From contig NC_087472.1 of NCBI RefSeq assembly GCF_036321535.1, positions 91,390,001 through 91,454,000 of the forward strand: a DNA stretch of 64,000 nucleotides, written 5' to 3'. A model generated the notes under the pieces. It had not been told where the DNA came from and searched no databases. It worked only from the letters and a program-made list of their open reading frames with translations. This DNA comes from Camelus dromedarius. Lineage: Eukaryota. Shown one piece after another: positions 51,421 through 63,461 of this stretch (positions within the stretch are counted from its first letter, which is position 1; each line of letters begins with the position of its first letter). The position numbers and the translations under genes were made by a program.

Positions 51421-52450
51421 GAAAAAGTCACTTTTAAAGGGCTTGTATGTAGACTTACTTGTCCTGAAAACCAGTGCAAAAACACCAGAATGAAAATTTT
51501 ATGGACCATAGGTGAAGGGGACTCACTAATATTGAAATACCTGCTGGAGAGGCAAGAACCGCTGAAATGCTCCCTGGGGACTGAGTCATTGGCAGAAGCC
51601 ATTTATGCAGCCTCACACTACCTTGCTAATACTGGCATTGGTGGACGCCATTTTGGAATTCTTTATCTAAGCTGCCCATGAGAGTGGGCACGCCCTGCTG
51701 AAAGCCCTGCCAACCCTTGCACCCCAGCTTGGCATTACAGCTGGCTAAGCTATAACCCTGCCCACCAGTGCACCATGACAGCCACCACCAGGCCTTGCAT
51801 TCAGTCCAGGGGACAGCCCTGATCTTTAGCATTTTGCAGCATTTGCAGCCGTGCCACAACCGGAGTCACATGCAGGATACATAGGGGACACTACTTGAAC
51901 ACCTGGCTCTGGTGGCCAGGTGGGATTGCACTTCTGAGTCCCACAGGGTATCTTGTAAATAAGGCCACTCCTTCAAGACTGGGAGAGATAGTTGATATAC
52001 CTAATACATAGAAACATAGAGAATGAGACAAAATGAGGAGACAGGAATATGTTCTGATAGAAAGAATGAGACAAAACCTGAGAGAAGGAATTAATCAAAA
52101 CAGAGATAAACAATCTACCTGATAAAGAGTTCAAAATAATGGTCCTAAAAATGCTTACCAAACTCAGAAGGAGAATGGATGAACAGAGTGAGAACTTCAA
52201 TGAAGAGATAGAAAATATAAGAAAGTACTAAACAGAAGTTACAAATGAACTGAAAAATATAATAGAGGAGTTCAACAGCATACTGGATGAAGTATAAGAA
52301 CAAGTCAGCCAGCTGGAAGACAAAACAATGGAACTCACCCAGACAGAGCACTCAAACAAACAAAAAGAATTTTAAAAAGTGAAGATATCTTAGGTGACCT
52401 TTGGGACAACATCAAGCAGAATAATATTCACTTTATAGGGGCCCCAGAAG

Positions 52451-52454
<4 letters not shown>

Positions 52455-52487
<33 letters not shown>
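52455..52487. repeat. (GA)n microsatellite at the L1 ORF1/ORF2 deletion junction
   Basis: Read directly from sequence. Confidence 0.9.
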
Positions 52488-52490
<3 letters not shown>

Positions 52491-55400
52491 AGTACAAGGA
52501 AGTGAATAATAAAAATTAGGGCAGAGATAAATAAAACAGAGACTGAAAAAATAATAGAAAAGATCAATGAAACTAACAGCTGATTCTTTGAAAAAATAAA
52601 CAAATCAACAAACCAAGACTAACCAAGAAAAAAGAGAGAGGATTCAAATAAATAAAATCAGAGGTGAAAGAAGTTACAACTGATACCATAGAAATACAAA
52701 GGACCATAAGAGACTACTATGAACAATTATACATCAACAAATTGACAGCCTAGAAGAAACGGATAAATTCTTGGAAACATACAATCTTCCAAGACAAATA
52801 ATGAAGAAATAGAAAATCTGAATACATTGATACTAATAAGGAGACTGAAACAGTAATCAAAAATCTCCCAACAAAAAGCCCAGGGGCAGATAGCTTCACT
52901 GGTAAATTTTACAGAACATTCAAAGAAGATTTAATATCTAGCCTTCTCAAACTCTTTCAAAGAATTGAAGAGGAGGAAAAACCTTCCAAACACATTTTAT
53001 GAACCCAGCATTACCCTGATAACAAAACTAGACAAGGACACCACAAAAAAAGAAAATTACAGGCCCATATCCTTAATGAGCATAGATGCAAAAATCCTCA
53101 ACAATATATTAGCAAACCAAATCAAGCAATACATTAAAAGGGTCATACATCCTGATCAAGTGGGATTTAATCTAAGGATGCAAGTGTGGCTCAATATCCT
53201 CAAAGAAATCAACATGATAAATCACATTAACAAAATTAAAGACAGAAGTCATATGATCACCTCAATAGATGCAGGAAAAGCATTTGACTAAACTGAATAT
53301 CTACTGATGATAAAACCTCTCAACAAAGTATGTATAAAGAGAACATATCTCAACATAATAAAGCCCATATATGACAAACCCACAACTAAAATCATACTCA
53401 ATGGTAAGCAACTCAAAGCTTTTTCCGTAAGATCAGGAACAAAACAGCACTGTCACTTTTATTCAACATAGTACTGAAAGTCCTAACCATGGCAATTAGG
53501 CAAGGAAAAAGCATCTAAATTGGAAAGGAAGAAGTAACTGTCACTATTTGTAGATGACATGATATTATATATAGAAAATCCTAAAGACTATATGAAAAAC
53601 TATTAGAACTAATAAATGAATACAATAAAGTTGCAGGATAAAAAAATCAATAGAGATCTGTGGCACTTCTATACACTAATAAATTATCAGAAGGAAAAAT
53701 TGAGAAAACAATCCCATTTACAATTGCATCAAAAAGAACAAATCACCTCGGAATAAATTTAATCAAGGAGGTGAAAGGCCTGCACACTGAAAACTATAAG
53801 ACACTAATGAAAGAAAATGAAGACACAAATAACGGAAAGATATTCCATGTTCATGGATTGGAACAATTAATATTTGTTAAAATGTCCATACTATCCAAAG
53901 CAATCTACAGATTCAGTGGAATCTCTATTAAAATCCCAATGGCATTTTTTATAGGGGGAAGAAAATCCTAAAATTCATATGGAAGCACAAAAGACCCCAA
54001 ATAGCCAAAGCAATTTTGAACAAGAGGAATAAAGCTGGAGGCATCATATTTCCTGATTTCAAAAAATATACTATTAAGCTGCAGTGATCAAAACAATATA
54101 GTATTGGCATAAAAACAGACATATACACCAATGGAAGAGAACAGAGACTCCAGAAATAAACCTACACATATATAGTCAACTGATCTTCAATATAAGTGTC
54201 AAGAGTATGCAGTGGGTAAAGGACAGTCTTTTCAATAAATGATGTTGGGAAAAGGGGATATCCACATGCAAAAGAATGAAATTGTACTCTTATGTTACAC
54301 CACACACACAAATTAGCTTAAAATGGATTAAAGACTTAAATGTAAGACCTGAAACCATAAAACTCCAATAAGAAAACACAGGGGAAACCTTTTTGACATT
54401 AGTCTTGGCAATAATTTCTTGGAAATTTAATGGTTTTAAGTTGATAAAATTGAACTAATTACCTACTTTTCTAAGTTCAAAATTCTGTATTTGGGGAAAA
54501 AACCCATATATCCACTGCATATTAGTTTTTAATCTCTTCTGAGATTAAAAAATAGATATTTTCATAGTACATTTTGTTAGTAATATACTTTTGGAATACT
54601 TAACAGCTTATTACTATATTAAAATATTTCACTAGAAATCTTCAGTCTGAAGAAACAAATGCAATAAGCCACACAAATGATTCTAACATTTTGCAATTCT
54701 GACCTGCAGGAGAACTGCTGTGCCATGGTAGCCAGACAGCTATACATTCCACATTAATAGATTCTGGTTTGACATAATAATGAACAAACATTTGAGTAGG
54801 GAGCAATGTCAGAAGCTTCATGACAGACATTAGGGAAAAACAGCCCAATTTCTTTTGAACCAGTATTTTTGTCAGGTAAACATTAACAGGCCAAGTAAAC
54901 AGGGATCAATTATATATATATATATTTTTTTTTCATGGTACTACTTTTAACATTCTTCATAGAAATAAAGCAATTGAGTTCATTTTGGCTTTGATATGAT
55001 TAATAAAATGAATGTAGATACTAAAAGCCAACTGTCAAATAAGAATTTTATTTCTCCATCACTTTATTATCCTTAGCAGTATTGACAGGATTAAAAATAG
55101 TGATTTAACAAATACCTTAACTTGAACTCAACCCTCAAATGTTATAGTAATTTGAATAAAAATATGCCTTTCAGTGCAGTTTGTTTAAATATTTTGCCAT
55201 TTCCTTTTTCTATGTGAGTATCCAAGTATGCTTTTTTTCTAGCTAGTTTCATAGATTTTATTAATGCACCACTCTCACCTAGTACTTTTCTAAATAGCCC
55301 ATCAGATCAGCTAAAATCAAAGGCAATGGGTAGATGTCTTTTAGCCCTCAAATCTCATTATCACATTTTTATCCATAACATGAGATCAAAGAGAATAATA

Positions 55401-55607
55401 AAGCCATATTCATACTGAATTATATATTAATCCATAATCATGCATAGTTGTGATATTTTAATTTTTTGATTGTATATAATTATCTGAAATCAGAGGACAA
55501 ATGAACAGAAATTATCAGATGTTAATCAATTACCTTTAAAATCAAAGACAATCAAAGATATGCTATTTTAAGACATACTTAATTTTCACTTTCCAAATGT
55601 AGACTAA

Positions 55608-55780
55608 ACAGCACTGTTTCCCAAAATGTGATATACATTAAAATCACTCAGGACATTTTAAGGACGTTGATGCCCAGGCTGCATGTCATAAAAATTAAAT
55701 CAGAATGTCCGGAGGTAGGTGTATTTTTTTTAAAGATTCCAGGTGATTCCAATGTACAGCAAAGCTTGGGAAAAAAACTG
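55608..55780. mobile_element. MER5A-like MITE
   Basis: tttcccaaaatg...aatcactcagga...gatgcccaggct...ttaaatcagaat...ccaggtgattccaatgtacagcaaagcttgggaa. Confidence 0.7.
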
Positions 55781-56289
55781 ATATAAAATATATAAAATTT
55801 TAGCACATGAATTTTACTAGTATCAGTTTTCTTAGATGATAGTAAAGGTTACTGAAAATTTTCCTTTCAAATATACTTTATTTAGGTGATAATTTGGGGG
55901 AAATTGCACATGGAAATCCTCTAGGTATCCACAAAAAATCTTTCTACTATGAGCCATTAAATATAAGTTGACACATAAATGCATATTTGAAAACTTATAT
56001 AAGCTGCTTTTCAGGTAATTTAGGTATACTGACAGATTTTTATTTTTTTGACAGAAGACTTCATATCAGAGAAAGGCTATTATGCAATTGATAACTTGGC
56101 AGTGTGCAGTCAACTCATCTTTGCCAAAATTAAGTGCAGAGGTGAGGAACGCCAGCTGTGAAAAACATTTGCATATGAGAGGGAGCATGGTGTAGAGGGA
56201 AAAAAAATGTGTTCTGAGTCCAGATTCTTGGAGTACTGCTCTGTTTTTTTCATTTGCTGGATATGTTACTGGGCAATTTATTTATAATC

Positions 56290-56696
56290 TTTTCTTTGTA
56301 TATATATATTTTTATTGACGTGTAGTCAGTTTACAATGTTGTGTCAGTTTCAGGGGTATAGCACAATACTTCAGTCACATAGGAACATACATACATTCAT
56401 TCTCATATTCTTCTTCACCATAGGTTACTACAAGGTATTGAATATGGTTCCCTGTGCTATACAGTATAAACTTGTTGTTTATCTATTTTATATATATTAG
56501 TTAGTATCTGCAAATCTCGAACTCCCAATTTATCCCCTCCTGCTCCCTTCCCCTGGCTACTGTAAGTTTGTTTTCTATGACTGTGAGTCTGTTTCTGTTT
56601 TATAAATAAGTTTGTCTGTCTTTTTTTTTTTTTGGATTCCACATATGAGTGTTATCATATGGTATTTTTCTTTCTCTTTCTGGCTTACTTCACTTG
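56290..56696 (-). mobile_element. L1 3' end inserted in a MIR
   Basis: ttttattgacgtgtagtcagtttacaatg...ggcttacttcactt. Confidence 0.9.
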
Positions 56697-57404
56697 AACT
56701 TCCGTGTTATCATTTACAAAATGAGAGACTAACATCAGTGAAATCATTAGATTTGATTCTTCAATCTGCAATAAAATTTGAACAGCTAAGTTGCATAGCT
56801 TCTGCCTAACAGGCTAAACATATGTGTGTGGGTGTGTGTGTGTGTATGTCTGTCTATGTATGTGATTGTGTATCCTTATTCTAAGGATAGGATTTCTATA
56901 TAGTCTTGATTTCCTGTAAAAAAAAAAACCTAAACATTAAAAACATATTTTGGAATAGACAATGCAAAGATACAAAACAGTGTAAAGTGGAAAGCTTTTT
57001 TTTGTCCCTGAACCACTCAGGTCCCCTCCTTAGAGTCAACGAGCAAGATCAAATTCTTAGAGAAACATTTCAACTTACAAATAATTATACTTATTAAACA
57101 CAAGTGGTAGCATACTACCCACACTCTTTTACCTTTTCTACTTTACAACACATCTTGAAATCCATCCCACACACAAATAGAGTTGGTTCATTTTTCTAAT
57201 GGTTGCATGATACTCCATTGGGTGGATGTACCATAATTTCCTTAGCTGATCTCTTATTAATATACACATATAAAAACATTGTTCTCACTAGTGCTATTAC
57301 AAATGACAAGGTAGTAATAAAGCTGTGTATGACATTTCACCCATGTAAGACAATTTTTGTTTTTCATTAATCTCGTTTAATGTCTACTATAACTTATGAA
57401 ATAA

Positions 57405-58420
57405 TGACTTTTTAAAAAAAATCACTATGGCTGTAACACGATGAATAAATGTTGGAAGGTGAGAGTCCAAGCAGAGAGATGAGTTAGGAGGTTACTGCAT
57501 ATAAGAGAATGATGGTAATCTAGTCTAGAGTTAAGGCAGAGGGGTTAAGTTGGAGATTTTGTTTGACATAGGTTAATTTGCCAAGGCCATTGGATACACA
57601 AAACTAGAGCTAAGAGGCAAAACCTACATGGGAAATGTGCATCTAGAAGTCATTGGCAAAGAGGCAGAAACTGACCCTGGGCATTTGATGAGATCACTAA
57701 CTGGGGGAGCATGGCATGAGATAGGAAGAGGCCCTAAGACTGGGCTCAGAAAAAGGACAACATTTGTAATATGAGTAGTAGAGAATAAGTTATCTAAGGA
57801 GAATAGAAAGCTATATTTAGGAAAGTAAGAATAAAATCATAAACTACTACCATGAACTCCAAGGGAAGAGTTTCAAAAAGGAAGAAATAACCAATCAAGT
57901 TTGCTTTCGTATTTCCCAGAAACTACTAAAAGAAAGACCTATCTTGCACTTACTCGAGGCTTTCATGGTCCACTTAATTTTTTCTTTCATATCACTTTTT
58001 TCCTGGTTCTTAACTGTAATTTAAAGATGTGATTATTTAAATAATTCCATTTCCTCCCCAGAATGTAAGTTCTATGAAAGCAGTAACAATGAGCCGTTTT
58101 GTTCACCAGTACCTAGCTGATGTTAACATTTGTCTAACGAGTGTTTCTCACCAGGACCTAGCATAGAGCTTAGCAAAAAGTATGTGTCAAAATATTAATG
58201 CAAGAAAAGCTAGATCAAGATGAGGGGAGAAATAATGTAGATGGATGTAAAATGGAAATTGTTGATTATTTCACCAAAGCAATTCTGGTAGAGAGACTGG
58301 GATGACAGCCAGAGAGATGGAATAGGTAAAGGAGAAAGTGAGAGAGGCAAGTATAGACAACTCTATTGAGAAGTTTGGCAGAGAAGAAAGAGAGGGCTAG
58401 AAAGTAAAGTGGAGCTGAAG
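57405..58420. mobile_element. Cluster of L2 fragments
   Basis: atcactatggctg...gttaggaggttactgca...; agaatgtaagttctatgaaagcag...; gtatagacaactctattgagaagtttggc. Confidence 0.55.
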
Positions 58421-58495
58421 GAGGCAGAATGGTATTTTCACCATCAAAAACATTTTTAACCATGATATATCCATTCATATACCTGTTCTGTTCTG

Positions 58496-58590
58496 GAAAT
58501 TACCTTTTTCTTGTCCAAAGTAGGAAAAAATCTGACTTCTGTCCCAGAAATTATCTTTTTCTCTCCCAAAGTAGGAAGAACCTGACTGCT
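58496..58590. repeat. Diverged tandem duplication, period ~51 bp, 2 copies
   Basis: gaaattacctttttcttgtccaaagtaggaaaaaatctgact / gaaattatctttttctctcccaaagtaggaagaacctgact. Confidence 0.85.
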
Positions 58591-60938
58591 TATGTTAGTT
58601 TCAGAAATTCTGCCACTTTGAGCATCTCTTTTATGTCCTTTAATAACAATTAATTAAAATGGAACAAGGCACCAAAAATAGTGAACTGGCATCCTTTCCC
58701 AGTGGAGATAATGCAATTAGATGTAGTTAGATGTTAGAGGTTCTGGAATAGCGTTCATGTAGTTCTCTCTGGAAGAGTATATTAAATAACCTAAGGCTAT
58801 GCATTTACTTTCACTTTTCTATAATTTAATCATCCAAAAGCCCTAAATGCTTTTTCTTTTCACTTGTAGTGGATAAGCTGTAAGTCAATATATTTGAGAT
58901 CGTCTTACACTGTCTAATATTACATTAAAATACCTCACTTGAATTTTCAATAAATTTGAAGGTAATTGATTATGTGAGTAATTTCCACGAGTCTGAAGCT
59001 GAAATCATGACTATACCTACAGTAAGGAGAAAAGGAGACCATCTCAGAGTTATTTTCTCTTTCTGTTGGAATATCTTACTAATTTTGAAGCTAAAATCTA
59101 CTTTTTGATTACCTTTGTTGTTAAGCATTCAGTATGGATCACTCTTAAGGAGGCAAGATATTATCTCTGGAACTGTAAGAACATCTGAATACAGGTAATA
59201 TCTCATCAGGTGGGAAGTTTGTGTCTGCACTATAGTTATAAATTAAGCAGGTAGGACCCAGCTGCAGTAGTATCTGACCTGCTTAGAATGAATCAAATTC
59301 TGCCTTTGAAGATCACAAGAATTTTATACTCCAGTAATATGAATCATCTTAAGCTCTCTTTTGAGTTTATTCACCTCTGCCTCTTTTCCAAAGGATATAT
59401 TCTTCAAACATTTTCCTCTGTAGTTAATCACGACTAGCAAACTTTAAGGTGAATAACATAATAGCTATATGCTCAGGCTGGTTTCAATTTCACTTAAATT
59501 ATTTTCTGAATTGCTTATGTGTCTGTCAGCCCTAACTACTCCCCTTCAGAAACTGTTACTATTATATTTTCTGCTTTCAGGGGATAGAGATATTAAAGCT
59601 ACAGATACTATTGTAACAACAATTTTAGTAAACATATTCAACCTTCATTCCTAGATTTGTCAACAATGAATCTGAATTTTATCATTTTATTTCTTTCTCC
59701 TACTTTCTCTGATATTGTACAGTTCAAAAACTTAGAGATTATGTTCCTTGCTACATGTATGTTCTTGAATTAGTTATTCTAATGAATGTTGTTCTCTAAA
59801 AATTAACAGATAATAATATCAACTTCTTGGGAAATTTCTAAATGAAATAATGTGTACAAAATAATTAGAACTTGACTCCTGAAAAGTACAGGAATTTTGT
59901 AAACATTTAACTCAAGATGGATTATTTCTTGGACAATAACAAACATGCTTAACTGTTTTACTGACTCTAAAATAACATATGCTCAATGTAGAAAGCTTGA
60001 CAGATAAGAAAGCATAAATTAGGACCATATATAGAAGCACCAGATATAATCATTATTAATATAGGGTATATTAAGTGAAAAAAATAGGTAAAGCCCTAAG
60101 ACCCACAACCTAGCACTTAAGTATTTTATATATAAATATATATATATATGTGTGTGTGTATATATATATATGTGTGTATATATACACATATATGTATATA
60201 TAGCTCAGATATGTGTAACTGGTATAAAAATATATGTATACATACAGTGGAATAAGGTGAGATATATATTATACACACACATGCACACAGTGGAGTAAGG
60301 TGATAAAATCTGCCGTTTAAAACATCTACATTTTATCTATATGTACATCTCTACAACTATAAATACATTTACATTCTTACTTACATTCTTAGGGATAATA
60401 TGGTTTAAACTGTCAGGAAAGCCTTTTTGTGGAGACTGAAGGTTTTCTTCTGTCAGGAGTACTGTTTATTCAAGCTAACATCAGTTGGTACTGCTCACAG
60501 CATCGTGCAAGGTGACTGGTGGGCCAACATCTAAGTAACAGGCATATTCTCCTCTCCTCTGTTCTTGACAATTTAGAGAAATGAAAGGGCCATCTTACTG
60601 TAGTGTTTCTGTCAAGCCTATAATACCGGAGGTGGGCAGGATAGTGTGAGGAGTGTCACTGCTGCTGAGGAACTCAAGTTTCAAGTGATTTAAAAGGAGC
60701 ATCAATAGGAAGTAGATCTCAGCACTCTAGCCAGTGCTGTATTTCCAACTTCCAGTGGGTTTGCGTTGATCAGTAGGAATTGCACGGGCTCCAGCTGTGT
60801 GTAGGAACCTTGAATCTCAGTAATCTGGGGGCACCAGATTCATGACTTCAGTCATTGGGATTTCTAGAGGTATCTGCCACTCATTTTGCTGTATGATCTC
60901 AGGCAGGTTATGTCACCCCTCTGAGTTGCAGTTTCTTT

Positions 60939-61034
60939 TTTCTTTCTTTCTTTCTTTTTTTTTTTTTTACAGGCATAACTCATTTTATTGAGCTTCACAG
61001 ATATGTGTCTTTTACAAACAGAAGTTTTTTGGCA
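60939..61034 (-). mobile_element. Polyadenylated retrocopy of a Tigger1 terminal fragment
   Basis: caggcataactcattttattgagcttcacagata...tttacaaa..gaagtttttggca (60970-61034) matches the Tigger1 terminus; T-tract 60939-60968; TSD tgagttgcagtttcttt (60922-60938) / tgagttgtagttacttt (61035-61051). Confidence 0.7.
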
Positions 61035-61139
61035 TGAGTTGTAGTTACTTTAAATCAAGACTCTTCTTTGCAAGCAATGGTAATTTAATATAAAGTTGTG
61101 TAAATAAAAAGGAAATTTACTGCCTCGAGGATAGTATGA

Positions 61140-61330
61140 GGATAACTAACACCTGTTGAGAACTTCCTGTTTTTTGAAGCCTAGCTCAAGTGTATCTGCC
61201 TATTTAATCTGTCCACAGTTTTATACAGCAGATATTATTGTTATTTCCATTTTACAGATAAGGAAACTGAGACACAGAGCAGTACTCAAGGGCGCACAGT
61301 TAGTAAGTATGAAGCTAGGACTCAAATCGA
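61140..61330 (-). mobile_element. MIR
   Basis: attattgttatttccattttacagataaggaaactgagacacagag...ctcaagggcgcacagttagtaagt. Confidence 0.8.
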
Positions 61331-62390
61331 TAGTAGATGCTTAAAAAATAACAGCTGTTGAATAAATACATGAAGAGCCAGAAAGTGATGCATGTAAGCA
61401 GATTAGCTGGCTGGAAGTAACAGAACATTTATGAAGCCAAAAGCATGATTTTATTTCCATATGATTCACTTAGTTTGTTTCTCGTTCAAGGTAATAGTGG
61501 CATCCTTATCCCTACCTACCTGTGGCTTCTGGTCACCTGACAAGCCAATGTATGGAGAGTTCTGTGCCATTACTGGGATTAACACCTTAAGCAGGCTCTA
61601 CAGATGGGGGATTGATAACCTAATCTTATACATGAGATGATCAGCACAGGAACTATCCTATTGCTATGTAATTGCCTTTCAAAACGTATTCCAAGTTCAA
61701 AACCTTTCAATAATGGCAATAATATGTGCTGAGTTAAAAATAGCTAGGAGGATCTGCCTGTATCCATAAAAAAATCTCTGTATTTCACTTAAAATATTCT
61801 TACCTATTTATGCCTTGCCTTCTTTCAAAAGGAACTGGAAGTGATGAGACATCTTTTTAAAGTTCTAAGTCTTCTCTATGAAGTCCACTTTATAGATACT
61901 CCATCTAGAATAAAAAATAACAGAAAGTTACCATACAGTTAAGCTAAAAAGTGGACAGACTAAAAGTATGAAAGAGAAACAATAAAAACATAATATTTCA
62001 AACAAAGCAGATTAAACTACCGCAAGGGGAGAGATAAACTTCTTTATCTATTATAATAATTAACAACAGTATAGAATTCCCTGAGGTTCAGTACTGTACT
62101 GCTGTAATTTATTGAATGACTATTGTATATTAAGTACTTTTCATTTATTCATTCCACCAATTTTTTTTTTAGTGTCTTTTATGTGTCAGGCCCAGTTCTA
62201 GGTGCTAGGGATGCAACAGTGAACTAAAAAGGTAAAATTTCCTGTCCTCGTAGAGCTTACATTTTAGTGGAGATGCAGAAAATAAATAGGCTAAAGAGGC
62301 GAGATATATAGTGTGTTAGAACATAACAATCCTCATAACACTCATAAGAAATGAGAGTTACTACCTAACATTTCAGAAGAGGAACATATG

Positions 62391-62639
62391 TATAATCTTG
62401 TTTATCTATTCTACATATGCCTATCAGTATCTACAAATTTCGAACTCCCAGTCTGTCCCTTCCCACTCCCCTCCACAGGGAAATATATACAAGATCTTGT
62501 GGTAGCTCACAGTGAAAAAGAATGCGACAATGAATGTAAGTATGTTCATGTATAACTGAAAAATTGTTCTCTACACTGGAAATTGACACAACACTGTAAA
62601 CTAACTATAACTCAATATAAAATTTAGTTCAAAAAAAAA
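62391..62639 (+). mobile_element. Very short young L1 with 5' inversion (62391-~62473 inverted)
   Basis: TSD gaacatatg at 62382-62390 and 62640-62648; inverted and forward pieces are adjacent in the 3' UTR. Confidence 0.9.
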
Positions 62640-62999
62640 GAACATATGAACAAGATTACCTATAATTTTTGCCATCTCCTCCCTTTCCCACATGGTCTGC
62701 TCACCCCTTTGTCAACACTGAGTATGTAACATATCCCAGCAGGAGAGACCAGGGCTACTACAGGGTGGTGGTGGGCCATGACGTTGTAGCACTTTCTACC
62801 ACACGTGGTAGAACAATTTATGGCCCAGAGAGTAGAGTTGATGTCTACATGTTGAGCAGTAACAAGTTTGAAATCAAGTCCTCACTCAAAGTGCTGCACT
62901 GATGATGGTAAGAGAACCTTCAAATGGGGGAACAGTCAAAGTACCATAGGGAGTGAAAAAAATATCTGCTGGATTTGGCAAGTAGGAGAATGTGAATAT

Positions 63000-63461
63000 A
63001 TTTTTTTGCACCTGTAAGTTTTTAAATTGCTTATATGTATGATTTATTTATAAACATTTGAGTTTATTATCTAGAATTCATTGCATATTATATGGAATTG
63101 ATGTAAAATTTGTTAGATCATTGAAAAGTATCCAAATGTTACTAACCAAATATTCTTTTCTAAAAATTTATTTGTTTTAAATTTCTTTTTTTAAATACCT
63201 TTATTGTGGTATGATTCCTCTACAGTAAACTACACATATTTCAGATGCACAATTTGATGAATTTTGATAGATGTATACACTAGTGAACCCACTACCACAA
63301 TCAAGACAGCTAACATTTCCATCACTTCCCAAGAGATGTAAATTTTGAATTCCCAATTTATCCCTCCCCACCCACTTTAACCCCTGGTAACCACAAATTT
63401 GTTCTTTATATCTGTGAGTCTGTTTCTGCTTTGTAGATAAGTTCATTTGTGTCTTTTTTTT
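63000..63461 (-). mobile_element. Chimeric L1 3' end (as at 5556-5878) plus ~180 bp 3'-transduced flank, inserted in an L2
   Basis: TSD gaatgtgaatat at 62988-62999 and 63462-63473; L2 sequence is continuous across the insertion. Confidence 0.85.

Larger units (their letters stand above)
50797..54422 (+). mobile_element. Degenerate L1 with 5' UTR, partial ORF1 (~52030-52450), internal deletion, and ORF2 RT region (~52500-54420)
   Basis: RT motifs [39 protein letters not shown]; many frameshifts and stops; no 3' end. Confidence 0.9.

Noticed and set aside
58496..58590. Short direct repeats (also 1082-1115, 13034-13067, 60245-60303) as a CRISPR-like array
   Set aside because: Only two copies each, no repeat-spacer periodicity, and a mammalian context; ordinary slippage duplications.
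59126..59194. Possible 69-nt + strand exon (ttaAG ... CAG|GTAATA; one frame reads IQYGSLLRRQDIISGTVRTSEY)
   Set aside because: Weak AAG acceptor, short, no partner exon or recognisable peptide.
62669..62902. 77-aa ORF in non-repeat sequence
   Set aside because: Starts at TTG, no recognised homology, no clear acceptor.
5556..63461. Segmental duplication linking the 5.6 kb and 63.2 kb sequences
   Set aside because: Similarity stops at the element ends, and each copy has its own distinct TSD.
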